Shown: in pieces, positions 47,659-55,261 of the stretch
Layout of the letters: each line of letters starts with the position of its first letter
Position numbering within the stretch: the first letter of the stretch is position 1
Notes under the pieces: model-generated
What the model saw: the letters and a program-made list of their open reading frames with translations, nothing else
What the model was told of the DNA's origin: nothing
Databases searched by the model: none
Made by a program: the position numbers and the translations under genes
IMG/VR virus record: IMGVR_UViG_3300033121_001585
Coordinates: 6,081 to 70,080 of that record
Source of the DNA: a virus
Lineage: Duplodnaviria; Caudoviricetes
Direction: 5' to 3' (one strand)
DNA length: 64,000 bases

Positions 47659-48210
47659 TTACTCTCTTCTACCGTGATGGTCTATTGGTTTAAAAGTTTT
47701 CTTAGACATAATAGCTGTAACATCAGCTACATTCAATGGTTGAAAATTATGACAATCTACACCAACATCAAATGAAAGAGAATTTGGGTCATCATATAGA
47801 CTACCATGAGAATGTCCATATAGATGATATCTGCCATGATGAGACTTGTCCCATACTCTCATCGCGTAATGAAATAATACAATTGTTTTTCCTTCAGAAC
47901 GAACCTCATATAAATCATATATCCTACTAAACAATTTTCTAAATGACTCATGCTTTAAATGATGTTTATCATGGTTTCCAATAATTAAAACTACATTTGA
48001 GCAATTAATCATTTCTCTGAACTTAATTGTATTTGCTAAACCACCAAAAGCCCAATCTCCTAAATGATATAAAGTATGATTTTTTTGAACTTTTGCGTTA
48101 ATATTATTAGCCATACAAATATTCATCTCATCTACCGAAGAGAATGGTCTATTTGAATATTTAATAATATTTTCATGAAAAGCATGAGTATCTGACGTAA
48201 ACCAATCCAA
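47659..48210 (-). CDS. Calcineurin-like metallophosphoesterase
   Basis: FTSDTH, LGD, GNHD, LFHY, GHSH, DVGVD. Confidence 0.92.
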   Translation of the reverse strand: MDWFTSDTHAFHENIIKYSNRPFSSVDEMNICMANNINAKVQKNHTLYHLGDWAFGGLANTIKFREMINCSNVVLIIGNHDKHHLKHESFRKLFSRIYDLYEVRSEGKTIVLFHYAMRVWDKSHHGRYHLYGHSHGSLYDDPNSLSFDVGVDCHNFQPLNVADVTAIMSKKTFKPIDHHGRRE

Positions 48211-48211
48211 T

Positions 48212-48514
48212 TTAACTTACCTCCGAAAATCCATCAGCAAAACTATTTATATTTGCCTTTGTTTTTACAAAATTCTTGTTATATTTTCTAAAATAGCAAT
48301 AGATATAATCTTTAACAATTTCATTTACATTTTTTTTATCAATTTCTTTATAATAAAAAGAACATATTTCTTTAAAATTATTAACATGTATATAAAAATT
48401 AATTTTCCGATTAAGCACATCATCTATACGTGTTATACTTATTCCTTCTAAATCGGCTATAGAAGATAATTTAGATTCTATTTTCTCACACGCTTCTAAT
48501 AGCTTTTCTTTCAT
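48212..48514 (-). CDS. Hypothetical protein
   Basis: 100 aa ORF. Confidence 0.6.
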   Translation of the reverse strand: MKEKLLEACEKIESKLSSIADLEGISITRIDDVLNRKINFYIHVNNFKEICSFYYKEIDKKNVNEIVKDYIYCYFRKYNKNFVKTKANINSFADGFSEVS

Positions 48515-49800
48515 CCTTGAACCTCATCCCAAGGAGCGGTTTCGCTATTATTAGACTCGTTAAACAAATCCTGTTTTACTTCTGTTTGATGTTCTTCTGT
48601 TGCTGGAGCATCAGCTTTCTTTTTTCCTTTTTTCTTAGGTTCACTAGGAACTTTTTCTTCTTTTACTTTTTCAAGCTTAGGAACAGCAAAAGTTGAAACA
48701 GACATTAGCTCAATCAGACCTAAAGGTATTGTATTCCAATATTCCTTCTCGTCAAGCATTTTCGCAAACATTTTTGAAGAAAAGGTTCCTATTAATGCTC
48801 TCTTAACAGGACCAGAAAAGTTTTTATTAATAGCTTGATTAAATGTAGTTTTAGCAGCTAATACTAATGCTTCAATATCTGAATTATCAGGAGAATTAGA
48901 ATTTTTTAAACAAACTCTGTAAGCAAGCATATTACCTAATGCTACCAACATTGTTGCAGCACCCTTAGTACCATTTGGTGGCGGGCAAAGAGGCATTCCT
49001 GGATTCATTAATTCAGGACATTGAGCCTTAACATAAGTGAAAGCCGTTACAACACAATCTGACAACCATTTTGCATCTTTATTAAATTTTAATGCTATTC
49101 TAGCTCCACCAACTAAAGAGCAAGCAATATCAGAAGCACCTTTTCCGTTTAATGAACTGACAGGTAAACCGGCAGCACCAAGACTATCAAAACGAACTTG
49201 ATTATAAAAAGGCGATTTTTCATTAGAGTTAAGTAATTTAGTTGTTTCATAAGCAAGGAAGAGTGCCTTGCTATCCTTAGACTTAGAAAGTTTTTCCTGA
49301 ATTGTCAAACTGTGTAGATGTGAGCGGTCTACTGGTCTACCTAATTGGAGATTCAAGAAATCTTTTTTCGTATTACCATCTAAGTAGATTAAACAAGTAA
49401 TATCACAATTATCAACTCTTTCCTTATACTTGTCTAACTCCGACAATAAACGTAAAGCCTCTAATCTATGCCCGCCATCCAAGAGAGGAATAGTCTGACC
49501 GTCCTCTAAGCGGAGCGAAACTTTGTTTCCGTCAAAAGTCAACGTCCCTCTTTGCTCATCCCTCAAACCGCAAGAAACCGCTGTTGGCGTAAAGTCGCCG
49601 TTTTCAATTTCAGAAATAATTTTTTTGACATGCGAACCAACCACTTCTCTTTGTTCGCCGCAACCTGTAAGAGCATTAAATTTTTCCGAAGAAACTATTT
49701 TCTTTAAAACTCCGTACTTTTCATTGATAACGATATATTTTCGAAAATATTGTTCGCTTACGCCGAAATTTCTAACTTCTTTAACTGTTTGATACATCAT
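48511..49800 (-). CDS. DGQHR/DndB-like (ParB-related) domain protein
   Basis: QREVVGSHVKKI, LLDGGHRLEAL, FLNLQLGRPV. Confidence 0.7.
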   Translation of the reverse strand: MMYQTVKEVRNFGVSEQYFRKYIVINEKYGVLKKIVSSEKFNALTGCGEQREVVGSHVKKIISEIENGDFTPTAVSCGLRDEQRGTLTFDGNKVSLRLEDGQTIPLLDGGHRLEALRLLSELDKYKERVDNCDITCLIYLDGNTKKDFLNLQLGRPVDRSHLHSLTIQEKLSKSKDSKALFLAYETTKLLNSNEKSPFYNQVRFDSLGAAGLPVSSLNGKGASDIACSLVGGARIALKFNKDAKWLSDCVVTAFTYVKAQCPELMNPGMPLCPPPNGTKGAATMLVALGNMLAYRVCLKNSNSPDNSDIEALVLAAKTTFNQAINKNFSGPVKRALIGTFSSKMFAKMLDEKEYWNTIPLGLIELMSVSTFAVPKLEKVKEEKVPSEPKKKGKKKADAPATEEHQTEVKQDLFNESNNSETAPWDEVQG

Positions 49801-49823
49801 TTTCTCCGTTTATTGTTTTATAC

Positions 49824-50039
49824 TTATTTATTCCAATATTTTCCAATACCTAATGTTTTATCTGCTAAATCAGAAGCATATAAAGCTCTTTGGATTATAT
49901 TCATTTTAGATATTTCTCTTAAAGCTTTTTCCATTCTATCAAGCATTATATCTTTTTTGTTATTAAGAAATATTTCTATTGCTGCGGCTGGATTTTTCAT
50001 TATTATATTTTGTACAAAATTTTGCGTGAAGTTGGTCAA
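49824..50039 (-). CDS. Hypothetical protein
   Basis: 71 aa ORF. Confidence 0.5.
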   Translation of the reverse strand: MTNFTQNFVQNIIMKNPAAAIEIFLNNKKDIMLDRMEKALREISKMNIIQRALYASDLADKTLGIGKYWNK

Positions 50040-50262
50040 ATTTTTCTTTTTCTCTTCTCATTTTGCAATATTCCCAATAATCATCTATCTCTTTTTTTCT
50101 AGCTTCTTTCTTTAAACATTCTTCAGCTTTTGGACACGGTTCTTTAGCTTCTTTTTTATATTCATATACTCCGCAAAAATCACATTCATAAGATGGACTC
50201 CCATGATATGAAGTGTCTAACCATCTATGACTACAATGTACGTCTGTTCTATAATGACTCAT
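49963..50262 (-). CDS. Hypothetical Cys/His-containing protein
   Basis: HCSHRW...CDFCG. Confidence 0.55.
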   Translation of the reverse strand: MSHYRTDVHCSHRWLDTSYHGSPSYECDFCGVYEYKKEAKEPCPKAEECLKKEARKKEIDDYWEYCKMRREKEKFDQLHAKFCTKYNNEKSSRSNRNIS

Positions 50263-51161
50263 AAGAGTTTTCTTACCTTCTGAAGTTCCTTATTTATATT
50301 CTGTAATGTTCTAATTGGCAAATCAACTCTATTGATAGCATCATTGTTGATATGACCATAATGCATTTCCAAAGCTTGCAACAGAAGCTCCCTTATTTTA
50401 ACACGGTCTGGAAGAATTGGCAAGGTTGATTTATGGAAAACTTCCTCAACGGCGAGTTTGCGGACTTCAAATTCTTTCTTTAGTCTATCAAAACTCCATT
50501 CACCGTTTCGAATTGCTTTTAGTTCCTTACTGTTTGTAGTAAGGTTTAAATCTCCAGTAGATAATATTTGTTCAGCTTCGCCTAGCAATCTCATACAATG
50601 ATAACCGAACTTAACATCGTATCCATATTTTTCTATATATTCTAATCTCTTACCTTCTGGTTCTTTACTCTCTAGCTTGTGAAACTGTGAAACTGCATAT
50701 CCTCGCAGTTTGTTCCAACATTGCTTACTCAAAAACATTTTTCTATTATCTCTAATCAAATGTCCGATAGCTGTAATATGCTTAACACAAGTTTCGGGAG
50801 TAAACAAAGAATCTATGATATTAGGGTTATTGTCAAAAAGTAATTGAAAATATCTGACGAGATTAAATATGGTGAAATCAAATTCCTTACCAGAAGATTC
50901 ATCCTGAACATGATGTTCTTGCCACTGTTCAAATTTCGGATAATCATTATCAAATCCTATCAGGTATCCGGCTGTATGGGGAAAGACTATACTTTTTGGA
51001 GGAATGCAAAATCCATAAATATCATAATCTGAAGTTTTATTATTTTTGCTTAGACCGTAAGCACGGCTCCCCATTATTGTTTCATAATGCAGATTTGTTT
51101 TAATAAAATCTGGTGGGGTGATTAATTTGTGTTTCAAGCAGTAATGAACAGAGCTAGCCAT
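50259..51161 (-). CDS. DNA polymerase beta-superfamily nucleotidyltransferase
   Basis: GSRAYGL...SDYDIYG, NPNIIDSLF, KFGYHCMRLL. Confidence 0.88.
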   Translation of the reverse strand: MASSVHYCLKHKLITPPDFIKTNLHYETIMGSRAYGLSKNNKTSDYDIYGFCIPPKSIVFPHTAGYLIGFDNDYPKFEQWQEHHVQDESSGKEFDFTIFNLVRYFQLLFDNNPNIIDSLFTPETCVKHITAIGHLIRDNRKMFLSKQCWNKLRGYAVSQFHKLESKEPEGKRLEYIEKYGYDVKFGYHCMRLLGEAEQILSTGDLNLTTNSKELKAIRNGEWSFDRLKKEFEVRKLAVEEVFHKSTLPILPDRVKIRELLLQALEMHYGHINNDAINRVDLPIRTLQNINKELQKVRKLL

Positions 51162-51184
51162 AGGATTCTCCTTCGGTTAGCTAT

Positions 51185-51212
51185 ATTATAACACGTTAAG
51201 TCTTTTTGACAA
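51185..51212 (-). promoter_or_regulatory. Sigma70-type promoter for the nucleotidyltransferase gene
   Basis: TTGTCA, 16 nt, TGt-TATAAT, then AAGGAG SD before the ATG at 51161. Confidence 0.7.
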
Positions 51213-51528
51213 GCTCAGAAATGCGTTCTCTCAGAAATTTATTTTCGGTGAGCAGAGAAGCATTCTCTACTTTTGTTTTGATATAATTATCTTCTAAAGC
51301 TTCTGTTTTTGTTTTGATAGACTCTAATTCTTTAGTTAAGCTTTCAACTAAACTTTTATAAAGTGTAAACGCTTGGTCATTATTATCAAGTTTTTGATGA
51401 TGTTCTTGTCCGTCTTTATCTAAATCATCCTTATGTCTATCCTTTTTCCAGTCTAATAACCACTTTCCAAAAGCACCAAAGAACGCACCAACAATACCTG
51501 TTATTGTGCCTATGATAGCTTCGCTCAT
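51196..51528 (-). CDS. Membrane-anchored coiled-coil protein
   Basis: N-terminal Gly-rich hydrophobic segment and heptad-like C-terminus. Confidence 0.6.
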   Translation of the reverse strand: MSEAIIGTITGIVGAFFGAFGKWLLDWKKDRHKDDLDKDGQEHHQKLDNNDQAFTLYKSLVESLTKELESIKTKTEALEDNYIKTKVENASLLTENKFLRERISELVKKT

Positions 51529-51968
51529 TAGAAACTCTTTTGTAATTCTAATATTTTATCTAATTGTTTTTCAGCAGAACTTATACATTTTGTGATATCA
51601 TGTTTAAGTAGTGAATTTTCGAAAACTTTCTTTAATTCTTCTAACTCTTTTTTCTCGTCTTTATTTGTAACGAAAAAATCCGTGATTAATTTTTGTTTAA
51701 CTAAAGTCGCTCCTATTTCAGCGTTTTCTACTTCAGCAATAATTGTTCCTCTATAAATTTCAGATAATTCTCTAAGTTGAGATGTTTCTAATGCTATATT
51801 TTCAATAATAACATGATTAATTAGAAGCACATTAGGATGTAATTCTTCTATTATTTCTTTAGCTTCACCAAAAGAATTGGAAACTAATACACCCTCTACA
51901 TCTAATTCTTTAGAATAAAGTTCTTTTTTTCGTTGTTCTTGTTCATTATCTATGACTAATAACAACAT
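51528..51968 (-). CDS. Pseudo-receiver-like hypothetical protein
   Basis: LLVIDNE...PNVLLIN resembles the CheY fold without the phospho-Asp. Confidence 0.35.
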   Translation of the reverse strand: MLLLVIDNEQEQRKKELYSKELDVEGVLVSNSFGEAKEIIEELHPNVLLINHVIIENIALETSQLRELSEIYRGTIIAEVENAEIGATLVKQKLITDFFVTNKDEKKELEELKKVFENSLLKHDITKCISSAEKQLDKILELQKSF

Positions 51969-51971
51969 GAT

Positions 51972-52328
51972 TTAGCTCCGTATGTAAACAAAAATAGGAA
52001 TATTTTTTTCTTTAGCTCTTTCTATCATATCCAAAGTCCCGTTAGACTGTCCATCCCAAATAGCAATAAGAGCATCCGCGTAATCTGCCATTTCTTGATT
52101 TCGGATAAATCCGGCTGATATTCCGTATTTTTTCCAATCAGCAGGGAAGGCACTAATTTTTACACCGTTTTTTAGTGCCCAAGTCTCACCAAGTAGGTCC
52201 GGTCCTTTAGCTCTACCAGATACAATTTCAGATATAAAAAGATTATTTTTCTTTATAGCATCCAAAATACATTCTTCAACCACTGGATATTTGAGAATAG
52301 TTCGTGAACCAGCTACTATGACTTTCAT
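51972..52328 (-). CDS. SLOG/YspA-like (DUF2493) protein
   Basis: VIVAGSR, IVSGRAKGPD, FPADW, AGFIRNQEM, WDGQSNGTLDMI. Confidence 0.85.
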   Translation of the reverse strand: MKVIVAGSRTILKYPVVEECILDAIKKNNLFISEIVSGRAKGPDLLGETWALKNGVKISAFPADWKKYGISAGFIRNQEMADYADALIAIWDGQSNGTLDMIERAKEKNIPIFVYIRS

Positions 52329-52341
52329 GAATACCTCTAAT

Positions 52342-52368
52342 AAAAAAACCCTGTCGCAAGGGCAGGGT
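52342..52368 (-). terminator. Intrinsic terminator
   Basis: Minus strand CCCTGCCC-TTGC-GACAGGG hairpin followed by 7 T. Confidence 0.65.
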
Positions 52369-52396
52369 ATATTACAATCCGTAAATCGTAATGTGG

Positions 52397-52579
52397 TTAT
52401 TTCTTATGACCAGGACAAGCTTTGCAGCAGTCGCAGTTTTCGCAATCACATTTTGGTCCGCATGGGCAGCAGCACGAAGTCTTACATGTCTGTTCAAACC
52501 AAGGACAATGTTTTCCAGCTGTAAGACCTACTCCAAATGATAAAGCTACACCTAAAACAAAAATCGCTAAATTCTTCAT
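52397..52579 (-). CDS. Small secreted Cys-rich peptide
   Basis: Signal peptide followed by CKTSCCCPCGPKCDCENCDCCKAC. Confidence 0.65.
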   Translation of the reverse strand: MKNLAIFVLGVALSFGVGLTAGKHCPWFEQTCKTSCCCPCGPKCDCENCDCCKACPGHKK

Positions 52580-52582
52580 ATT

Positions 52583-53011
52583 TTACTCCGGTAATGAATA
52601 ATGTGGAACTGATAATTGTAAAACCTTTTCATTCTCAATATTTAAGAAAAAAGTATCGTACTTTACTAATACTTTATCCAAGTGTTTTTCTTGAACTTTC
52701 TTATTAGTTATAATAAATTTAGGCATACCTTCAGGGTGTGCGAGATTAGAACTATCGAAGTCTATACTCGCAGGATAATCTCCACCATTCCATAAGTATA
52801 TTATATAAATTCTGTCGTCAACAAACTTAGACTGAATTGTAATATCAACGAAGTACGAAGCGTCATTCTTAGCAGAGGAAACCTTTCCTTTAAACTTAGT
52901 CTCTAAAACCTCTTTAGAGAGAATAATTTTTTTCGCTCCTTCGAAAGTTACTAAACCAATAGAAACACAAGCAATAGTAGTGACAAGAAGCCAAACCAAA
53001 ATTTTTTTCAT
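52583..53011 (-). CDS. Exported hypothetical protein
   Basis: N-terminal hydrophobic segment. Confidence 0.6.
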   Translation of the reverse strand: MKKILVWLLVTTIACVSIGLVTFEGAKKIILSKEVLETKFKGKVSSAKNDASYFVDITIQSKFVDDRIYIIYLWNGGDYPASIDFDSSNLAHPEGMPKFIITNKKVQEKHLDKVLVKYDTFFLNIENEKVLQLSVPHYSLPE

Positions 53012-53071
53012 CGCAATTTCTCCAAATAAATATTCTTCTCTCTGCTTAGTTTTTTACTCAAACCTAGAACT

Positions 53072-53100
53072 ATAATACAACCAATCTCAGAAAAAAACAA
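53072..53100 (-). promoter_or_regulatory. Possible sigma70 promoter
   Basis: TTGTTT, 17 nt, TATTAT in the intergenic gap. Confidence 0.3.
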
Positions 53101-53101
53101 G

Positions 53102-53545
53102 CTAATTCCGAACAATTTTTTCACATTTACTATATCTTTTAATAGTAACCCACTTCCATATTTGTGTTCTATTCAAGAATTGTACTCCTTCTGGAGTTCT
53201 GCATACTTCATCTTTCGTTTTATCGTAATTAATTGTTATTTTGATATTTTCTCTATTAGTAACTATATAATTTCCATTTGGTGTTGGGCCTTCTATTACT
53301 TTATCTACATGTCCTACAACTTTATTATCTGCATTAATGATAGGTTCGCCTTTAACTGGTATATTTCTCCAGCCCAAAACTTCGGTTTCGCCTACACTAC
53401 AGTCACCGCTTACTGTGAGCCTGAACAAGCTTTGATTGTAGCAATTATTATTTTTTATATAATGAAGAATTTCGTGTTTCACAGTGGCACTTATGAGTCT
53501 CTGTCCATCTTTATACAAGTGATATATATATGCTGACCTAGCCAT
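53102..53545 (-). CDS. Hypothetical protein
   Basis: 147 aa ORF. Confidence 0.6.
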   Translation of the reverse strand: MARSAYIYHLYKDGQRLISATVKHEILHYIKNNNCYNQSLFRLTVSGDCSVGETEVLGWRNIPVKGEPIINADNKVVGHVDKVIEGPTPNGNYIVTNRENIKITINYDKTKDEVCRTPEGVQFLNRTQIWKWVTIKRYSKCEKIVRN

Positions 53546-53551
53546 TTTATA

Positions 53552-53803
53552 TTAAAACCTCTTTTTGAATACGAATATCTTACGGTCTAGTGCTACATCC
53601 ACCCATTGACCAACACCGGCAAACTCAGCTTCTTCTCTAATTTGTGATTTACCGTATTCTGAACCAGCGTAGAAAAAACAAAAAAACGACAAGAATAATA
53701 GCAGCACGGCTAAAATTCTAATCGTTAAATCTTTTCTACAAAATTCAGCTTTTTTGGTAATTAAATCTACTACATCGTATGTATCATACCAATAATTTAT
53801 CAT
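53552..53803 (-). CDS. Small membrane protein
   Basis: One transmembrane segment. Confidence 0.55.
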   Translation of the reverse strand: MINYWYDTYDVVDLITKKAEFCRKDLTIRILAVLLLFLSFFCFFYAGSEYGKSQIREEAEFAGVGQWVDVALDRKIFVFKKRF

Positions 53804-53948
53804 CTGATTTTAGTTGCATTGGTCTTTTGCATTTTGGGCATTGCTTAAAAAGCAATTTATTAAATTCGTTAGAAATAACTCTTACATCTTCGTTCTCTGT
53901 ACGTTTTTCAACGTAACGACATTCGCAATTCCAATAATCGTCGTCCAT
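53784..53948 (-). CDS. Small Cys-containing ORF (54 aa, not in the track)
   Basis: GGAG SD; MDDDYWNCEC...CPKCKRPM... Confidence 0.55.
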   Translation of the reverse strand: MDDDYWNCECRYVEKRTENEDVRVISNEFNKLLFKQCPKCKRPMQLKSDDKLLV

Positions 53949-53961
53949 TTTAATAAACTCC

Positions 53962-54047
53962 AAAAAAAATAGGAGACTGACAAGGATTGATAAGACGTTT
54001 TTTTACAACCATAAGTAATGTAGTCCTATCGGAGCATTCAGCCTACT
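53962..54047 (-). ncRNA. Y-RNA-like module E with a terminal U tract
   Basis: GGCTGA-ATGC...GATAGGAC-TACATT...GTCTTATC...CTTG-TCAGTC followed by 8 T. Confidence 0.6.
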
Positions 54048-54049
54048 AG

Positions 54050-54180
54050 TGTGGGCGACAGGATTTGAACCTATAACCTAAACTTCTTCAATGTAGTTCA
54101 ATATAGCATTTTCGAGTTGAAACAAAGTTTTAATATTAAACTTTTTTAGTTTCGCTCTACCGGGTTGAGCTACACCCACA
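54050..54180 (-). ncRNA. tRNA-Phe(GAA)-like RNA interrupted by a 56-nt insert (module D)
   Basis: GTGGGTG TA GCTC..GAGC G AAACT [56 nt] TTGAAGA AGTTT AGGTT ATAGG TTCAAAT CCTGT CGCCCAC A. Confidence 0.75.
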
Positions 54181-54185
54181 TAAAA

Positions 54186-54254
54186 GCAACGACAAAAACA
54201 AAACAAAGTTTGGTATCATTAACAGTGATGTACTTCGTTTTAAGCATTCGTTGC
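54186..54254 (-). ncRNA. Y-RNA-like module C carrying an Asn(GUU)-like anticodon hairpin
   Basis: GCAACGA-ATGC..AAAACGAAG-TAC-ATCA-CTGTTAA-TGAT..CTTTGTTTT..TTG-TCGTTGC. Confidence 0.6.
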
Positions 54255-54255
54255 A

Positions 54256-54328
54256 GACGAGTCGTTGGATTCGAACCATAATCTCCAGATAGATTCTGTT
54301 GTTCTGCCAGTTGAACTACCGACCCGTA
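54256..54328 (-). ncRNA. Pseudo-tRNA / tRNA-like module B
   Basis: Acceptor-like stem, D arm GTTC/GAAC, T loop GGTTCGAATCC; anticodon loop only 5 nt and T stem imperfect. Confidence 0.55.
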
Positions 54329-54330
54329 CA

Positions 54331-54395
54331 GTAAGTTGATTCATGAACTACACTACATACATGGAGGCTTGAATTTATCTCTGCCATCAACTTAC
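54331..54395 (-). ncRNA. 5' leader hairpin (module A) of the RNA array
   Basis: 10-bp GTAAGTTGAT/ATCAACTTAC stem starting at the predicted transcription start. Confidence 0.45.
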
Positions 54396-54401
54396 ATCTA
54401 T

Positions 54402-54429
54402 ATCATAACACGGTTTTGACCAAAGTCAA
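54402..54429 (-). promoter_or_regulatory. Sigma70-type promoter of the ncRNA array
   Basis: TTGACT, 16 nt, TGt-TATGAT. Confidence 0.7.
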
Positions 54430-54449
54430 GAGAGTTTTTCCAAAAACTC

Positions 54450-54647
54450 CTAATCGTTGGGGAAAGAAATTGAAACTATGTCTGCGATTTTAACTTTCCC
54501 ACCACTAGAACCTTCGTTAAGTGTTAAGTAAACAAATTCATCGTCCCAAGGTTGCATAAAACCTTCGGTTTTTGAACCGTCTTTTAGATTGAAGACTGCT
54601 TTATGATGCATTTTGTTTTTATAGTTATTTAACTGATTAATAGTCAT
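54450..54647 (-). CDS. Small Sm/Hfq-like fold protein (putative)
   Basis: AVFNLKDGSKTEGFMQPWDDEFVYL (Sm1-like) and KVKIADIVSIS (Sm2-like). Confidence 0.45.
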   Translation of the reverse strand: MTINQLNNYKNKMHHKAVFNLKDGSKTEGFMQPWDDEFVYLTLNEGSSGGKVKIADIVSISFPND

Positions 54648-54648
54648 A

Positions 54649-55011
54649 TTATTTCACTGTTGAAATTAATTCATAAAAAGATTTTACTACTTTTAGTAAT
54701 TTTTCTTTATCTAACTCTTTTACAACTGCATTTTCTTCATCTGCATACTGTAGACTAACAGTACCATCAAACCTAAATGAAATTGCTAAATTACAACCAA
54801 ATTTAATTTTGTTTCTATCGTGATAATAACCAAATACTATACCTTGTTTTTCGTCGGCGTATACAGCTAGAGTAGACTTTTCGTCTAAATCTATCCATAC
54901 TCCAACTAGATTATCTAAACCGTCGTGAGTTGTTGTAAATTTCATGGCTTCGCCTTTAAATAAGTGCTTTTGTCCATACAAACCATAACAATAAACCATT
55001 ATTGTTGTCAT
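54649..55011 (-). CDS. Hypothetical protein
   Basis: 120 aa ORF; true start probably MKFTTT. Confidence 0.55.
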   Translation of the reverse strand: MTTIMVYCYGLYGQKHLFKGEAMKFTTTHDGLDNLVGVWIDLDEKSTLAVYADEKQGIVFGYYHDRNKIKFGCNLAISFRFDGTVSLQYADEENAVVKELDKEKLLKVVKSFYELISTVK

Positions 55012-55261
55012 TATTGTTTTGTATAACTTCGTTTTTTGTATTAGTTCTACAGTTTTCTAAACTTGATAAAAAGCTAAACATAAATAAAAAAGATAAAGAC
55101 ATTGATAAGAACATTGGGAAGAATTTATTTGTTTTTTTATTTTCAGTTAATTCTTTTCCTCTAATAACCATCCAAGTCATTATTCCCGTTACTGTAGAAA
55201 GGATTAGCGATAAAAGTATTATTAACTCGTATGGATTCATTTTAGTTATCTTTCTTATCAT
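54956..55261 (-). CDS. Membrane protein
   Basis: Two or three hydrophobic segments. Confidence 0.55.
   Translation of the reverse strand: MIRKITKMNPYELIILLSLILSTVTGIMTWMVIRGKELTENKKTNKFFPMFLSMSLSFLFMFSFLSSLENCRTNTKNEVIQNNNDNNNGLLLWFVWTKALI

Noticed and set aside
48511-49800. Complete phosphorothioation (dnd) system
   Set aside because: No dndA, C, D or E homologs nearby
54092-54147. Group I intron in the tRNA-Phe-like gene
   Set aside because: 56 nt is far too short and there are no P/Q/R/S core elements
53962-54395. CRISPR mini-array
   Set aside because: No identical direct repeats with regular spacers; the similarity is structural and motif-level only
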